From Mobula hypostoma (Eukaryota): 64,000 nucleotides of DNA. The notes under the pieces were generated by a model that searched no databases, was not told the origin of the DNA, and saw only the letters and a list, made by a program, of their open reading frames with translations. The position numbers and the translations under genes were made by a program. The stretch covers positions 211,794,001 to 211,858,000 of the forward strand of contig NC_086097.1 in the NCBI RefSeq assembly GCF_963921235.1, given 5' to 3'. Positions 26,126 through 38,689 of the stretch are shown piece after piece. How positions within the stretch are numbered: the stretch's first letter is position 1; the number at the start of each line of letters is the position of its first letter.

Positions 26126-27039
26126 ATTATAGAATGAGCTCAAATACATCAGAAAATGCAGTTAACAGAGATCATTCATATTTCTGTCTCTACAGTTTAT
26201 ATCAATCGACAGTTTTTGAGGAGACCGATTTAGAAGATGGAGACATTTATCACTTCAGTCTTTGTTGAAGATATAGTGGCCAATCTTGATGTGATGGCAT
26301 GCTGCTGCTTGCAGTCCTCCATTAACTTGTCATATTATTTTGCACTAATTTCCAGAAATGGATACGGTGATGGATGTGACCTTTAAATGGTTAGATTGAA
26401 ATTGCAGGAAAATGACTTGTATAATGGTATAAAAGAACCAGTTCTAACCAGACTTACTTTTGAGTAAACTAGACAGGGTTGGCAATGTTTTGGCAATAAT
26501 TACATTCTTCTAATCTGACAGGACCTTGTTTCTTAACCAAGTACCTTAAATTTATTTTTAATCTTTTGTGTTACATAAAAAGACCTAAATTCAGTTGACT
26601 GCATTTACAACAGAGCAAACTGAATAGATTAAACATGTTCTTTACTCTATATATGAGTAGCATGAGCTAATGAAGAATGAAATACTTTGGTTACGCTCTC
26701 TGGCTTGAGTCCCAGTGGTGTTAAATAACTCTGCAATAAATCTGTCTTTGCCCTTACACTGACTATCAAGTTTCTAACATCTGCTCTTCTTAGGAGAAAT
26801 CTGTCCAAACATTTCTAAGCTGCCCATGACCCACATGTGACCCATCTTCTTTCCCACTGGGGTTAGCTTACTTTTGTAAGCATTGCTGAAAATCTACAAA
26901 TGATTTCTCTAGTGATCCAGCTGGTCAAGTTTGTGTTTAACTTTCTAAGTGGCAGCATGTCCCAACATCTTTGAGTTAGAAAGTAGTTCATTCATGTTTT
27001 CTTATATTCCTTGGTCAGCTCCAACTTGGGTACCAGTCT

Positions 27040-27430
27040 CCATAGTATCCAAGACATCTCCAAGGAGTTGTGCCTTAGAAAGGCGGCGTCCAGCATTAAA
27101 GATTCCCACCACCCAGGTCATGCCCTCTTCTCTTTGTTACCATCAAGAAGGAGGTATAGAAGCCTGAAAGTACACACTCAATGATTCAGGAACAGCTTCT
27201 TTCCCTCTGCCATCCAATTTCTAAATGGACATTGAACGCATGAACACTACCTCACTACTTTTTATTTGTTTTTTTTGTACTACTCATTTTAACTTAACTA
27301 TTTAATAGACATGCTGTAATTCAGTTTATTTCTCTATATTTATTTATCGTAGATTTCATTGTACTGTTGCCATTAAGTTAACGATTCCACAACAAATGCC
27401 AGTTATATTAAACCTATTTCTGATTCTGAA
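27040..27430 (+). mobile_element. Rex1/Babar 3' end
   Basis: IKDSHHPGHALFSLLPSRRRYRSL..FRNSFFPSAI coding remnant; ATTAAACCTATTTCTGATTCTGA tail. Confidence 0.8.
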
Positions 27431-27778
27431 TCCTTCCCACATTCCTTCCTTTCTCTTTGTCTTAACTTTTTATTATCCTTCTCCTCTTTCTCACTCCATT
27501 CTCTTTTTCTTCCCCTCTCTCTATGCAATAGACTAAAGGCAACCAATAGATTAGCCAAAACTTTAGAAATGATCATGACACCTTTGCACCAAGAAAGGGA
27601 CAAGTCAATTGGAGATGCTATTTATAACTGTTAATCAACATAACTCCTGGAAAGTATCATCCACATCGTCCAGTGGGGCACGATAAGGTTCTGAAATGAT
27701 GACCTCAAAACGAAAACTCTCCCAAAACATCATGCTGGACAGGCAAATGGGAGAAATTTTCATTTCTGGCACTTACGT

Positions 27779-28140
27779 ATAGATTTTTAGATTAGATTCA
27801 ACTTCATTGTCATTGTGCCAAGTACAGATGCAAAGCCAATGAAACGCAGTTAGCATCTAACCAGAAATGCAAAGAATAGTGTTATTTACAAAATAACTGC
27901 AAATAAAAAGTAAGTGCTACAGCGTACAAATATAAAAGTACTGACACAGTACAATATGGGTGCAATACTGCTTAGCGCTGTGATGTGAGGTTCAGCAGGG
28001 TCACAGCCTCAGGGAAGAAGCTCTTCCTATGCCTGCTGGTGCGGGAGCAGAGGCTCCTGTAGCGCCTACGGGACGGGAGGAGAGTAAAAAGTCCATGGTT
28101 AGGGTGAGATGCATCCTTGATAATGCTTTTCACCCTGACC
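27779..28140 (-). mobile_element. Rex1/Babar-type 3' end
   Basis: (TAGAT)n tail; GGGAAGAAGCTCTTCCT = reverse complement of the R-S-F-F-P coding motif. Confidence 0.65.
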
Positions 28141-28189
28141 TGCAGTAAAAATGACAGGAATGAGAAAAGAATGCCAGTGGAACAGAGGC

Positions 28190-29045
28190 TAGTTGGTTAT
28201 AGGTGACACCATTTGGGGAGGGACAATTAGATGAAACTAGGTGGGGAGAAGGCAAAGGAGAGGGAGGTGGAGGATTTGGAAAGATGAACATAGAGAGGAG
28301 AACACTGGTTGGACAGGTGATTGCATGTGGGAGAAAAACCCCGAGGGCATGGGTTACCTGAAAAGTTCAATGTTCATACTATCGAGTTGTAAGCTATCCA
28401 AGTGGAATATAAGATGTTGTTCTTTCAATTTGTGTTTGGTCTCTCCATAGCAATGGAGGTAGCTGAGAACAGACAGGTCACTGTGGGAGGGGTAAAGGGT
28501 GTTAAAATGACAGACAAGTGGAATCTCAAGATGGCCATCATGGGCAGAGCACAGGTGCTCTGCAAAACAGTTACCTAGTTTACGTTTGGTTGTACCACTA
28601 CAGATGGATCTACCCTGTGTGCACTGAGTGCAGTAAACCAGGCTGAAAAATGTTCAGGTGAATCTCTGCCTCACTTAAAAGGGCTGTTTATGTCCCTTGA
28701 TGGTGATGAGGAAGGGTGAGGGGTTGTGCTTCCTATGGCTGCAAGTGAAATTGCCAGAGCACAGAGAGGGGAGGATGGGGAGGGGGTAGTGCCATTCTCT
28801 TTCTGGAACTGTGACCACTAGCTCTTTTCTTTACAAATAATTTGTGAAGCATCTGCACTCTGTCAACAACAGCCATGTCCATTGCTATGGAAAGGTCACA
28901 TGCAGATTGGAAGAACATCTCATGTTTCTTTTGGATAGCTTACAAAAGAATGGTATGAATATTGAACTTCGCAGTTTCAGGAAACCCACTCTCCTGGTGT
29001 TTTCCTCCGACATGCACTAGCTTGCTCTATCATCTATCACCTACC
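28190..29045. mobile_element. Two degenerate Penelope GIY-YIG/3' fragments in opposite orientation (~28190-28730 minus, ~28780-29045 plus)
   Basis: Minus piece matches 4030-4350 (TTCAATGTTCATAC..ATAAGATGTTGTTC). Plus piece has the L-E-E-H-L..GMNIE-type coding end (GGTATGAATATTGAA). Confidence 0.6.
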
Positions 29046-29762
29046 AGCCTCTGTCCCATCCTTCTCTCATACTGCTATCTACTGGCAGCCTCTCTGTTGG
29101 CCATGAGCAATTTAAAATATGGAAGAAAAAAGCAAACTCAAATGAGTCAAGGGCAGTGAAAGTAGACAACCCAACTGACTTTGTTCTTGCCATGTGGTTG
29201 AAGGGATGGAAGCTACCCTTTTGTGAAGCTGCTCTGTAACCTCTATTTCACTCAGGGTCAAAGTGCATTAAAGTGGGCAGAATGATGCTCCTGATAATCT
29301 GCTGAACTAGAGATCATTATCAAATAAGAAGTTATTTGTGAGTTGTCCTTTGGTACGAAAGAACATGGAGCTTTATGAAAGGTGGAGACTGTGTCTGACC
29401 TGAGTAACTCAAGCCTAGTAGCTGGCTGATTGAGAACAAAGAAACATTAATGACAAGTTGCCACTTGCAAGAAAGGCAATAAATTGATGCTGGCTTAGAT
29501 CAGAGCCAATGGGAAGCTGACGCACCAGAAAAACCAGAGCCACTGAGATTAGGACACAACATTTGAACTGATGAGGTGCATAGAAGTGAGAGGCTTCAGA
29601 TGAGAAGTAGTGAGAACTCCAGAGACTAACTATCACAAGGTAGATTCCCATGATAGGGGCTGGCAGAGGAAGGATCCATTGTTTGGCCAATAGGAGATCC
29701 CCTATATAAATTGGAGAAGTCGTCTAAGTGAGTATCGGTACAGAGGGAACAGTAGAGTTCAT

Positions 29763-30172
29763 GCAACACACATAAAAAATGCTGGTGAACGCAGCAGGCC
29801 AGGCAGCATCTCTAGGAAGAGGTACAGTCGACATTTCAGGCTGAGACCCTTCATCAGGACTAACTGAAGGAAGAGCTGGTAAGAGATTTGAAAGTGGGAG
29901 GGGGAGGGGGAGATCCAAAATGATAGGAGAAGACAGGAGGGGGAGGGATGGAGCCAAGAGCTGGACAGTTGATTGGCAAAAGGGATATGAGAGGATCATG
30001 GGATGGGAGGCCTGGGGAGAAAGAAAGGGGGAGGGGGGAAGCCCAGAGGATGGGCACTAATGGATAGGGTACGAGGGGGAGGTGGGGCATTAACGGAAGT
30101 TAGAGAAGTCAATGAAGGCCACATCGGGAGCACCGGGTGCAGTATATCATCCCAGCCGACTTCCAGGTGAAG
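29763..30172 (-). mobile_element. Penelope pLTR/3' fragment with minimal hammerhead, same subfamily as the 16734 palindrome
   Basis: Near-identical to 16767-16865. Minus strand reads AGTC CTGATGA AGGGTCTCAGCCT GAAA TGTC GACT, with a purine-rich tract and GIY-YIG remnant adjacent. Confidence 0.85.
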
Positions 30173-31067
30173 AGTCATGTTTTAAGCTGTTGGCCTGGAA
30201 TCAACATACACTCATTAAGTTAATGTTTGTGCAGAGACAATATAGTACAAGTTTTGATTAATTAAGAGTTGTGTAGTGAATTGCCTAACCTCGAACAGTT
30301 GATAATAGTCAACATCATCTATTCCCTCCCAGTTCCGATAGCAGGTCTCAACCTGAAACATTTACTTATCCTTTTTCCTCTACTGACTATACTTGACCTA
30401 ATTTGAAGAAGTGGCTGCAAATGTTTTGCATTTATGGTCAAAGATGTCTAACAGTCAGTGACCTGGGTGCTACATAATAGTTAAGCAAAAATTTAATTCC
30501 AGAATAATCATTCTTAGTGATTAGTAATCTTTTAACAAATGTGCAGCTCTTGATGGAGGGCTTTCACCCTGAAACCCTAATTCCCCATTAGACTGCACAG
30601 GTATTGCCAGATTTGCAGTGTTTCCAGCAATTCCTGTTTTTATTTCATGTTTTCACAATCAACAATTATTTTGATTGTTCAGGAATCTAGTTCATTCATC
30701 TGAATTTTCACGTCAATTATTTGATGTGGTCTGTTTAATTTTTATTCAGCAAGTTTGTTAATGGGAGTTTCGTAATGATTATGTCACACCACATTTACCT
30801 TGAAAATTACAATATCAAGAAAATTATAGTTGAGAAAGTTTTTTTGTTCATTTAATTCACCCATCCAACAGGTTTTGATATCCTTCAGTAATACCCAATA
30901 ACTTATTGAAAGATTTAAGATTTTTTTTATTTCAATGTGGCTGCATCAATGAATCAGTTTAAAACAAAGATGCTTTCTCTGTAATGTCAATCAAGGTGAA
31001 GACAACAGTTTATACTTTGAACAGATACCTTTAATACCACAATGCTTAAATTCCACTGGTCTTTCTT

Positions 31068-32288
31068 TAGAACATAGAACATAGAATAGTACAGCACAAT
31101 TCAGGCCCTTCGGCCCACAATGTTGTGCCGGCCCTCAAAACCTGCCTCCCATATAAGCCCCCACCTTAAATTCCTCCATATACCTGTCTAGTAGTCTCTT
31201 AAACTTCACCAGTGTATCTGCCTCCATCACTGACTCAGGCAGTGCATTCCACGCACCAACCACTCTCTGAGTAAAAAACCTTCCTCTAATATCCCCCTTG
31301 AACTTCCCACCCCTTACCTTAAAGCCATGTCCTCTTGTATTGAGCAGTGGTGCCCTGGGGAAGAGGCACTGGCTATCCATTCTATCTATTCCTCTTATTA
31401 TCTTGTACACCTCTATCATGTCTCCTCTCATCCTTCTTCTCTCCAAAGAGTAAAGCCCTAGCTCCCTTAACCTCTGATCATAATGCATACTGTCTAAACC
31501 AGGCAGCATCCTGGTAAGTCTCCTCTGTACCCTTTCCAATGCTTCCACATCCTTCCAATAGTGAGGTGACCAGAATTGGACACAGTACCCCAAGTGTGGC
31601 CTAACTAGAGTTTTATAGAGCTGCATTATTACATCGCGACTCTTAAACTCTATCCCTCGACTTATGAAAGCTAACACCTCATAAGCTTTCTTAACTACCC
31701 TATCTACCTGTGAGGCAACTTTCAGGGATCTGTGGACATGTACCCTGAGATCCCTCTGCTCCTCCACACTACCAAGTATCCTGCCATTTACTTTGTACTC
31801 TGCCTTGGAGTTTGTCCTTCCAAAGTGTACCACCTCACACTTCTCTGGGTTGAACTCCATCTGCCACTTCTCAGCCCACTTCTGCATCCTATCAATGTCT
31901 CTCTGCAATCTTCAACAATCCTCTACACTATCTACAATACCACCAACCTTTGTGTCATCTGCAAACTTGCCAACCCACCCTTCTACCCCCACATCCAGAT
32001 TGTTAATAAAAATCACGAAAAGTAGAGGTCCCAGAACAGATCCTTGTGGGACACCACTAGTCACAATCCTCCGATCTGAATGTACTCCCTCCACCACGAC
32101 CCTCTGCCTTCTGCAGGCAAGCCAATTCTGAATCCACCTGGCAAAACTTCCCTGGATCCCATGCCTTCTAACTTTCTGAATAAGCCTACTGTGTGGAACC
32201 TTGTCAAATGCCTTACTAAAATCCATATAGATCACATCCACTGCACTACCCTCATCTATATACCTGGTCACCTCCTCAAAGAACTCCA
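31068..32288 (-). mobile_element. CR1 LINE, 5'-truncated
   Basis: ORFs 31912-32316 and 31135-31908 (RT FADD through C-terminus); (TAGAACA)n tail. Confidence 0.95.
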
Positions 32289-33004
32289 AGCAGAAATTAC
32301 ACAACAATGAAAGCATTGTCTGTCCAATCTTATATACAGTTCGACCACTGTTACTCTGAACTATATTTTACCATTCTGCCTATACATTTCAATATTGTGT
32401 TAGACTTGTTGCTTGTTGTTTCTTTCCTTTGGTTAGTTACCTTGAGTAGCAGTTCTACTTGAATCCTGTATTTTTCACTTTCAACCACAGTTATTTCAAC
32501 ACCATGGAGAAAGCTTTAAGTATTCCTTCTTTATGCATTACACTGTACCTGTCTGCATCAGATATTATCTACTATTTTTCTTAATGGCAAAATATCTTAT
32601 ACAAATCATTTAGTAATTTCAGAGTTGCTGTTCCTGTTCCATACCTCTTACATATTTTCATTTTTTTTCTGAGTTCCATCTATCTTGAGTTTACTGGCCT
32701 TTACTGTAAAATTCCCCCAAAGGCAATCATCAGGATTTATTATTTGTTCTAAGAGGTCATGGTATTTAGAATTGTTTAGGTTGCAAAATGTTCTTGAAAA
32801 AACTCTTTTCGGATATTGTGTTGTGGTTGATTTGTTGAAATTGGTTAGCTATTCTGTCAGTCTTTGCAGTTTCTCACTGGTGAAGCTATTAACATGGTTT
32901 TGTTGGTTATCTGTCTCTCTCACGGTGCTGGGGGAGTATAAGTATAGTTTCTTACAAAATTATGGGAGAGATACATAGGATAGATAGTCATATATGTGAT
33001 AGAT

Positions 33005-33083
33005 CAGGGGTTTCCAACCTTTTTAATGCCAAAGACCAAAACCATTAAGCGAAGAGCCCCTGGACCCTAGGTTGGAACCCTTG
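33005..33083. mobile_element. 79-bp hAT (Charlie/Buster-like) MITE inside an old CR1 3' end
   Basis: TIRs CAGGGGTTTCCAACC / GGTTGGAACCCTTG; 8-bp TSD TGATAGAT / CGATAGAT with central TA. Confidence 0.8.
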
Positions 33084-34067
33084 CGATAGATAGACTTTCA
33101 AGGTAGAAATGTCAAATGTGAGAGAGTATTGCTTTGTGATGAGAGGCGAAGACTTTAAAGGAGATTTACAGTGCAATATTTTTACACAGAGATGGTAAAG
33201 GTCTGTTCCACCGAGAAACACAATGGAAGCAGAAACAATAGTAATATTTAAGAATCATTTAGGGACATGGACAGGCAGGGAATAGAAGGGCCTTGTGTGC
33301 AGACAGCCGAGATGAGTTTGAATTGGCACAGACACTGTGGGCCAAAGCGCCTGTTCCTATTCTGAACAGTTTCACGTTCTGTGTTTACAAAAACCATGGA
33401 GTCACTAGGGGGAGCTTTGACTGCTTGTGGAAAAGCACTCTCTGGTCATAGGCTTAGATGGAGAGATATCACACGTTGGTCTGATTCATTAGTGAAACTC
33501 CACTATTTTTGCTTTCTTTTCCAACATTTACTGCCTCCATTATTCATGGCAAACAACTTCATTGACAACCACATTAAAGGTTCTTGACAGAAAAGTAGGA
33601 AGAAAATAAACTGCTGAGAGGAATTTTAACAGACCCTTTCTTGTCAGTGGAGTTCAAAAACAGTTTTGTCTAATGGCTTCAGTCAAAACAATATTTGAGA
33701 TACTTTTGTATTCAGTCTAACTTTTGTATTCATCTGCTTCTTGATTAAACAAAATATGAAGGTATCACACTCTTTGTCCTACTTTGGTTTTATACATCAT
33801 TTTTATGTTATTTGAATTGATTAGCACCTAACATGTAAACATGTTCTCTGCCATCAGTCTTTCTTTGAGGATTTTTTGAACAGGTGCTACTCTTTTATCT
33901 GATTAATGAATTCTTGATCTAGACAAACAACATGTCATAGGTTTACCAAAGAAAGCAAGACAAGTAAGGCTCTTAGCATCAGCAAATCAATTTATTTTTT
34001 AGCTAATCGGTCATTTTTTGTAGATATTTGTACTATTACTAAAAATACATAACAACATAATAATTAC

Positions 34068-34713
34068 CCTGCAAATATACAGCTCCTGAACTGGCAAAGA
34101 TAACTTCAATCACCACTACTCTGAACTGATTCTATGACCTCCAGGCTCACTTTCTTGGATTCTTTACAACTCATGTTCTCAGTATTACTTTTTATTTGCA
34201 CAGTATGTCTTTTTTTGTGCATTCATTTTTGTCAAACTTTGTCTGTTTATGTATAATTTTTTTTGTTTTTCTGTAAATGCCCACAAGAAAATGTATCTCA
34301 AGGTAATAAATGGTAACATATATGAGGGCTGATTGATAAGTTCGTGGCCTAAGGTAGAAGGAGATGAGTTATACAGCTCTCGTTACATGCACGTGTCGTT
34401 CAACTCTATGAGTGATTATGCAGAAAGTTTGAAGTTAATAACTTTTGCGGCATTTCTGTTTCAGATAATTGAAAATTGCAAGTCAGCACTGTCTGAGAAA
34501 ATGGACAACATTGGCCATGGTGCAGTCATCCGCTACCTTGGTCTCAAGGGCTTATCACCCAAGGAGATCCACGAGGACATGGTAGCAACACTAGGGGATG
34601 GTGAAAAATAAACGTGCTAGGTTTTCTAAAATTGACTCCTTCTACCTTTGGCCATGAACTTATCAATCACCCCTCATATGTACTTTGATAATAAATTTAC
34701 TTTGAACTTTGAA
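34068..34713 (+). mobile_element. Rex1/Babar 3'UTR split by the mariner element
   Basis: Ends TACTTTGATAATAAATTTACTTTGAACTTTGAAC; colinear with the reverse complement of 60777-61110. Confidence 0.65.
34323..34676 (+). mobile_element. Internally deleted mariner transposon (354 bp)
   Basis: ~41-bp TIRs TGAGGGCTGATTGATAAGTTCGTGGCCTAAGGTAGAAGGAG / CTCCTTCTACCTTTGGCCATGAACTTATCAATCACCCCTCA; TA TSD; transposase N-terminal HTH remnant GAVIRYLGLKGLSPKEIHEDMVATLGD. Confidence 0.9.
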
Positions 34714-34855
34714 CCTCTTTATATCCCAAACTATTTCTCTACAGCCAGTTACAGTGCTTAGTAAAAGATCTTGACTATCTCAGGAACAGTAACTATTCTG
34801 CTGTACCCAACTCAAGAGAACATCTGTAGATGCTGGAAATCAAAGAGTAACATGC

Positions 34856-35405
34856 TGTAAGGTTTCACTGCTAATGTAATGGTTTCTCTGTAGCAGCAAT
34901 GTTTAGGTTATGACTAGAGATAACGGGGTTTTGGAATGCGAGGACTACCCAATGAGAGAAATGTTGTTCTTTCTTGTGAGTCTGGAAGAGAGATCTTCAC
35001 GGTCTTTTGCCAGGGAGAGATGAGGAGAGAAGACACGAACGGAGAGAGTTGGTAGACCGCCGGACGGAGTGGACTTGAAGCGAGAGTCCAAAGGTCAGTG
35101 ACGATCGGAGGAGGTCAATGGTGGACGACTGGCTTATCAGTGAGCTCCAACATTGTGCAATAGACTGTTTCATAAGAATGGGCCCTTTCTCTTTTTTTTG
35201 TTTTCTTTTCTAACTATATAGTCAAGGTAAGAATTATAAAGCTCAATCATTTAATCACATATTGTGTACTGTTTGTTATTTCGGGGTACTGATTTATAAT
35301 ACGGGACACATCACGCAACATCCACCCAAACGAGATTTCTTAAGTTTGTCCAGGCCGGGGGCTATCGCCTCCTATTTTAAGCCGCTAGCCAAAGCCAGAG
35401 TTACA
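34856..35405. mobile_element. Probable solo LTR inserted in a decayed Penelope end element (34810-34855 + 35406-35565)
   Basis: TGTAA...TTACA termini; CpG-richer non-coding body; it interrupts an otherwise contiguous GATGCTGGAAATC..AAATGCTGGAGGAACTCAG sequence. No clean TSD. Confidence 0.55.
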
Positions 35406-35682
35406 AAAGTAATGCATACAAAATGCTGGAGGAACTCAGAAGTCTTTTAATCTCTTTTTTTCCAGTCCTAAAGAAGAGTCTTGCCCTGAAACATCCACTG
35501 TTTACTCTTTTCCATTGATGCTGTCTGGCCTGCCAAGTTCCTCCAACATCTGTATGTATCGCTCTACTCAACCGTTGACTAACTCTGTCCATACATACCC
35601 TTCTAATCTGAAATAGGAACACAGCCTAAACCTTTTTGAAGGAGTTAAATTGCATAATATTACCAGGCTCTGAATATCTACC

Positions 35683-36295
35683 TGTCACAGTCTGGTCCAT
35701 GGACTCCACATTCCAGTTCACAGTCCGGTCCGTGGATTCCACATTCCGGTTGTTTCTGTTTTCCTGTGTTCCGTTGGGTGCCTTGATTGAGGCACCTGAT
35801 TCTTGTTTTGGGCTTTCAACATAAATAGCTCCGGGGTTTAGCTATTCCTTCGTTGGACCGTCCCGTCAAAAACCTGTCAGAAACTCTCTCCAAGAAGCTC
35901 AGCATCAGAAACTCACACCAAGAAGCCCAGCTTTGTGTCCAAGAAGGAGTCCAGCTCTGTGCCCAAGTCAAGTCCAAGTTCCAAGTCAAGTCAAGCCAAG
36001 TTTGAGTCCCAGGTCATGCCTAGTCCAAGTTCTAAGTCAAGAGCCAAGTCAAGACCCAGGTACCGAGCCCCTGCCAAGACCTAAGTTCCAAGTCATGACC
36101 CGAGTTCCCAGTCAAGTCGAAGTCCCAAGTTCTAGTCCTGGTTTTCCGGTTTGTTATTCTACATTTACGTCCATGATGCCATTTTATCCTCGCTCCTTGG
36201 CCCCCCAGTAATTCTTAATAAACATAGTCCTGTTTATACTACTTCAGTGTCTGTGTCCTGCATTTGGGTCCACTCCCCAAGACCTCCTTGCAACA
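35683..36295 (+). mobile_element. Probable Gypsy-type solo LTR with internal CAAG/CCAAGT tandem array
   Basis: TGTCAC start, ATAAATA TATA-like box, AATAAA, GTCCTGCATTTGGGTCC and an ACA end. Flanks CTACC/CTATT only partly match. Confidence 0.6.
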
Positions 36296-37649
36296 CTATT
36301 AGTTACTATTCAGTTACTATTCTGTGGACAAAACATTGCTCACATTTAAATCTAGATATCATCCTGTAATCTCTGTCGTCTGTTTGTTTCTACATCAGCC
36401 ATTTTAGTAACCATTCAAAGATCTACTTGCTTACAAATTTAAAAGAAATTAAATTCAGTGAGTTTCGCTTTGTAACTGAAATATTTAAATCCCAACTGTA
36501 TGACATATTGAATTCCAACAATAGCTTTTAAAGGTAAAGTTTCCAAAATTCTACCCAATGTAATCTCACTCAAAGCATCACCGAGTTAAAAATGTAGACA
36601 AGATTATATTAAATTCAGATGAAGTTCCTTATGTAATTCACAGTCTGTTCGTGGTCATTATCAATATATACAGTGAAAAGAATGCTTATTGCAATAGCAG
36701 ATAAAGGGAACTTAGTTTAATGGACTAACTCATCAATTACTGAATTTTTACCCCAAGCTTTTCTCTGTGATTTCGGCAAACTGAGACATGAATTAAAATG
36801 GACAGAAATGCCAAATGGATCCAATGTTAAATCCCTTGCTGGATCAGGAAGTTTATCCAGTGAGTAACTAAACTCTATAAATAAAAACATTTTTGATGCA
36901 ATCATTTATCTGTGCTGTATAAATTAAGCTCCCCTGGAATAGTTATTGGAAGACAATTTATGCTAGTCCATGTTGTGAGGAGGAGAATAGGCTTGCATTC
37001 CTTCATTTAAATACTATCAGTGGCAGTCAATAGAAATTCATTCATATGAGTCATCTTGGCAAGATACCATTTTTAGCAGTAAGCGTCGATAAATTATCAT
37101 ACTCAAAGATTGATGAAAATATATTTTTTTCATTAATAACAGAAAGTCTTTAATAAATGGACAAGCTTTTTAAAACGAGCAGATGTATCAAATATGTTAT
37201 ATTTGTGTTTTTTTTTCCTGATACAATGTAAAATAACTGCCAAATGAACAGGATGATTTAAAGAAGGTGAGATTTATATTATTGGTTTGACAATATTTTA
37301 GTTTTATATTTTTTCAATTAATTCCTAATAGTCAACTGTCAGTAATAAATTGTCTGCCCCACAGTCCTAATATTCAGCAGTCTTTGAAAATTTAGTAGAC
37401 AAAATTTATTAAAAAGTCATTTTCCAAGCCCACATATGAGTAAGGACAAGTTTCGGTTCAGCAGTGATGTCTTAAAACAACATGTCTACATCTAGTCAGA
37501 AGATACTGTACTTGACTGAGGTAATGGAGACTGACTACTGCACATGGAACAACAGCCCTAGCAAAACTACAATGTTGTTGGGAAAGGTAAAGAATGATGA
37601 AGTTTATGAACAATGAAGTAGATTTGAAATAGTCTGAATTACATAACTA

Positions 37650-38484
37650 TTCAAAGATTCGAAGTATATTTGTTATCAAAGAATGTCTAAATTATACAGC
37701 CAGGAGATTTGTTGGCTTACAGGTAGCCACTAAACAAGAAACCCAAAAGAACCCAATTAAAGAAAAAAAATAAGAGACTAACACCCAATGCGCAAGAGAA
37801 AGAGGGATAAAGCACAAATCATAAATTAAAAGCGAACAACAGCATTCCGAATCAAAATTGAGTCCTCAGATTCAAACCTCGGAGCAGCGCAGAGTAGGCC
37901 CAAAGCCTCGCTTATCAGTTCATCATATTCGTGGGCAATCAGCTGGGGCAGTCTTCTTAGCCTCAGTGTCATGGAAAGGGGAGTGACTATCACCGAGAGC
38001 GAGCAAAATTGGCTCTTGCCTCCAATCTGGGCTGGCTTCTAAATTGTCTAAACAGCGGATCGTGCCTTGTACTAGGACCCAGCTGCTGTGAAGGGCTTGG
38101 GGCCTTGACCATGTTGCCCAGTGTCTCACTCCTGTCCCAGATTTTGCCACCCAGGCTGAAGCAGCTCTCATGCTCTTCAGATCAACTCAGTGCCCAGAGC
38201 AATCCAACCTCGCACCAGGGCCAGTTGAATGGGCATCCAACTCCACTGCCCCATCTTCTCTTCTCCAAATGGCTCATTCCATCTGCATCGATTCTGCAAC
38301 ACACTATCCTGGCTCATCCCCTGAACTCGCCTTGCCATCGCTCGACCCCTCACTGTTTGCAGTGATAAGTTAACACAACTTACCTCAGAAAAAAAAAGTG
38401 TTTTTAGTGACATTTCTATTTTAGTCAAATTTCCTGCCTTTTGAACTACCAGTGAGCTGTCACACACATTCACTAGTGCCATCT
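37650..38484 (-). mobile_element. Non-coding element with Rex1/Babar-type tail
   Basis: Tail TTCAAAGATTCGAAGTATATTTGTTATCAAAG..GCTTACAGGTAGCCAC parallels 7928-8030. The minus-strand 5' end begins AGATGGCACTAG. Confidence 0.6.
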
Positions 38485-38689
38485 CAACCAGAAGTATTCA
38501 AAAATATATATCAACATTAATCTCAATTACCTCCTTGTGTATGCACTTAATCAGGAGTTTACATTTTGTTTATTGTATGAGACGAAACAAGGAAAACAAC
38601 TAAATACTTTGTTAATCACTTTCTTTCTGACAAATGACCATCACAGGTAATAGTTCGTAACTTCCCTTTGGACTTGAAAGCAATTCGAT

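Noticed and set aside
29400..29760. CCAAT boxes and TATATAAA suggesting a promoter or LTR
   Set aside because: No definable boundaries, TSD or downstream gene; the motifs alone are insufficient.
35900..36140. CRISPR-like array
   Set aside because: Short degenerate units without unique spacers, in a vertebrate context with no cas genes.
36815..37268. MDPMLNPLLDQEVYP with GTGAGT donor and a possible DDLKK micro-exon, vaguely like FIS1 or dynein motifs
   Set aside because: Too short, an in-frame stop lies just upstream, and no matching downstream exons were found.
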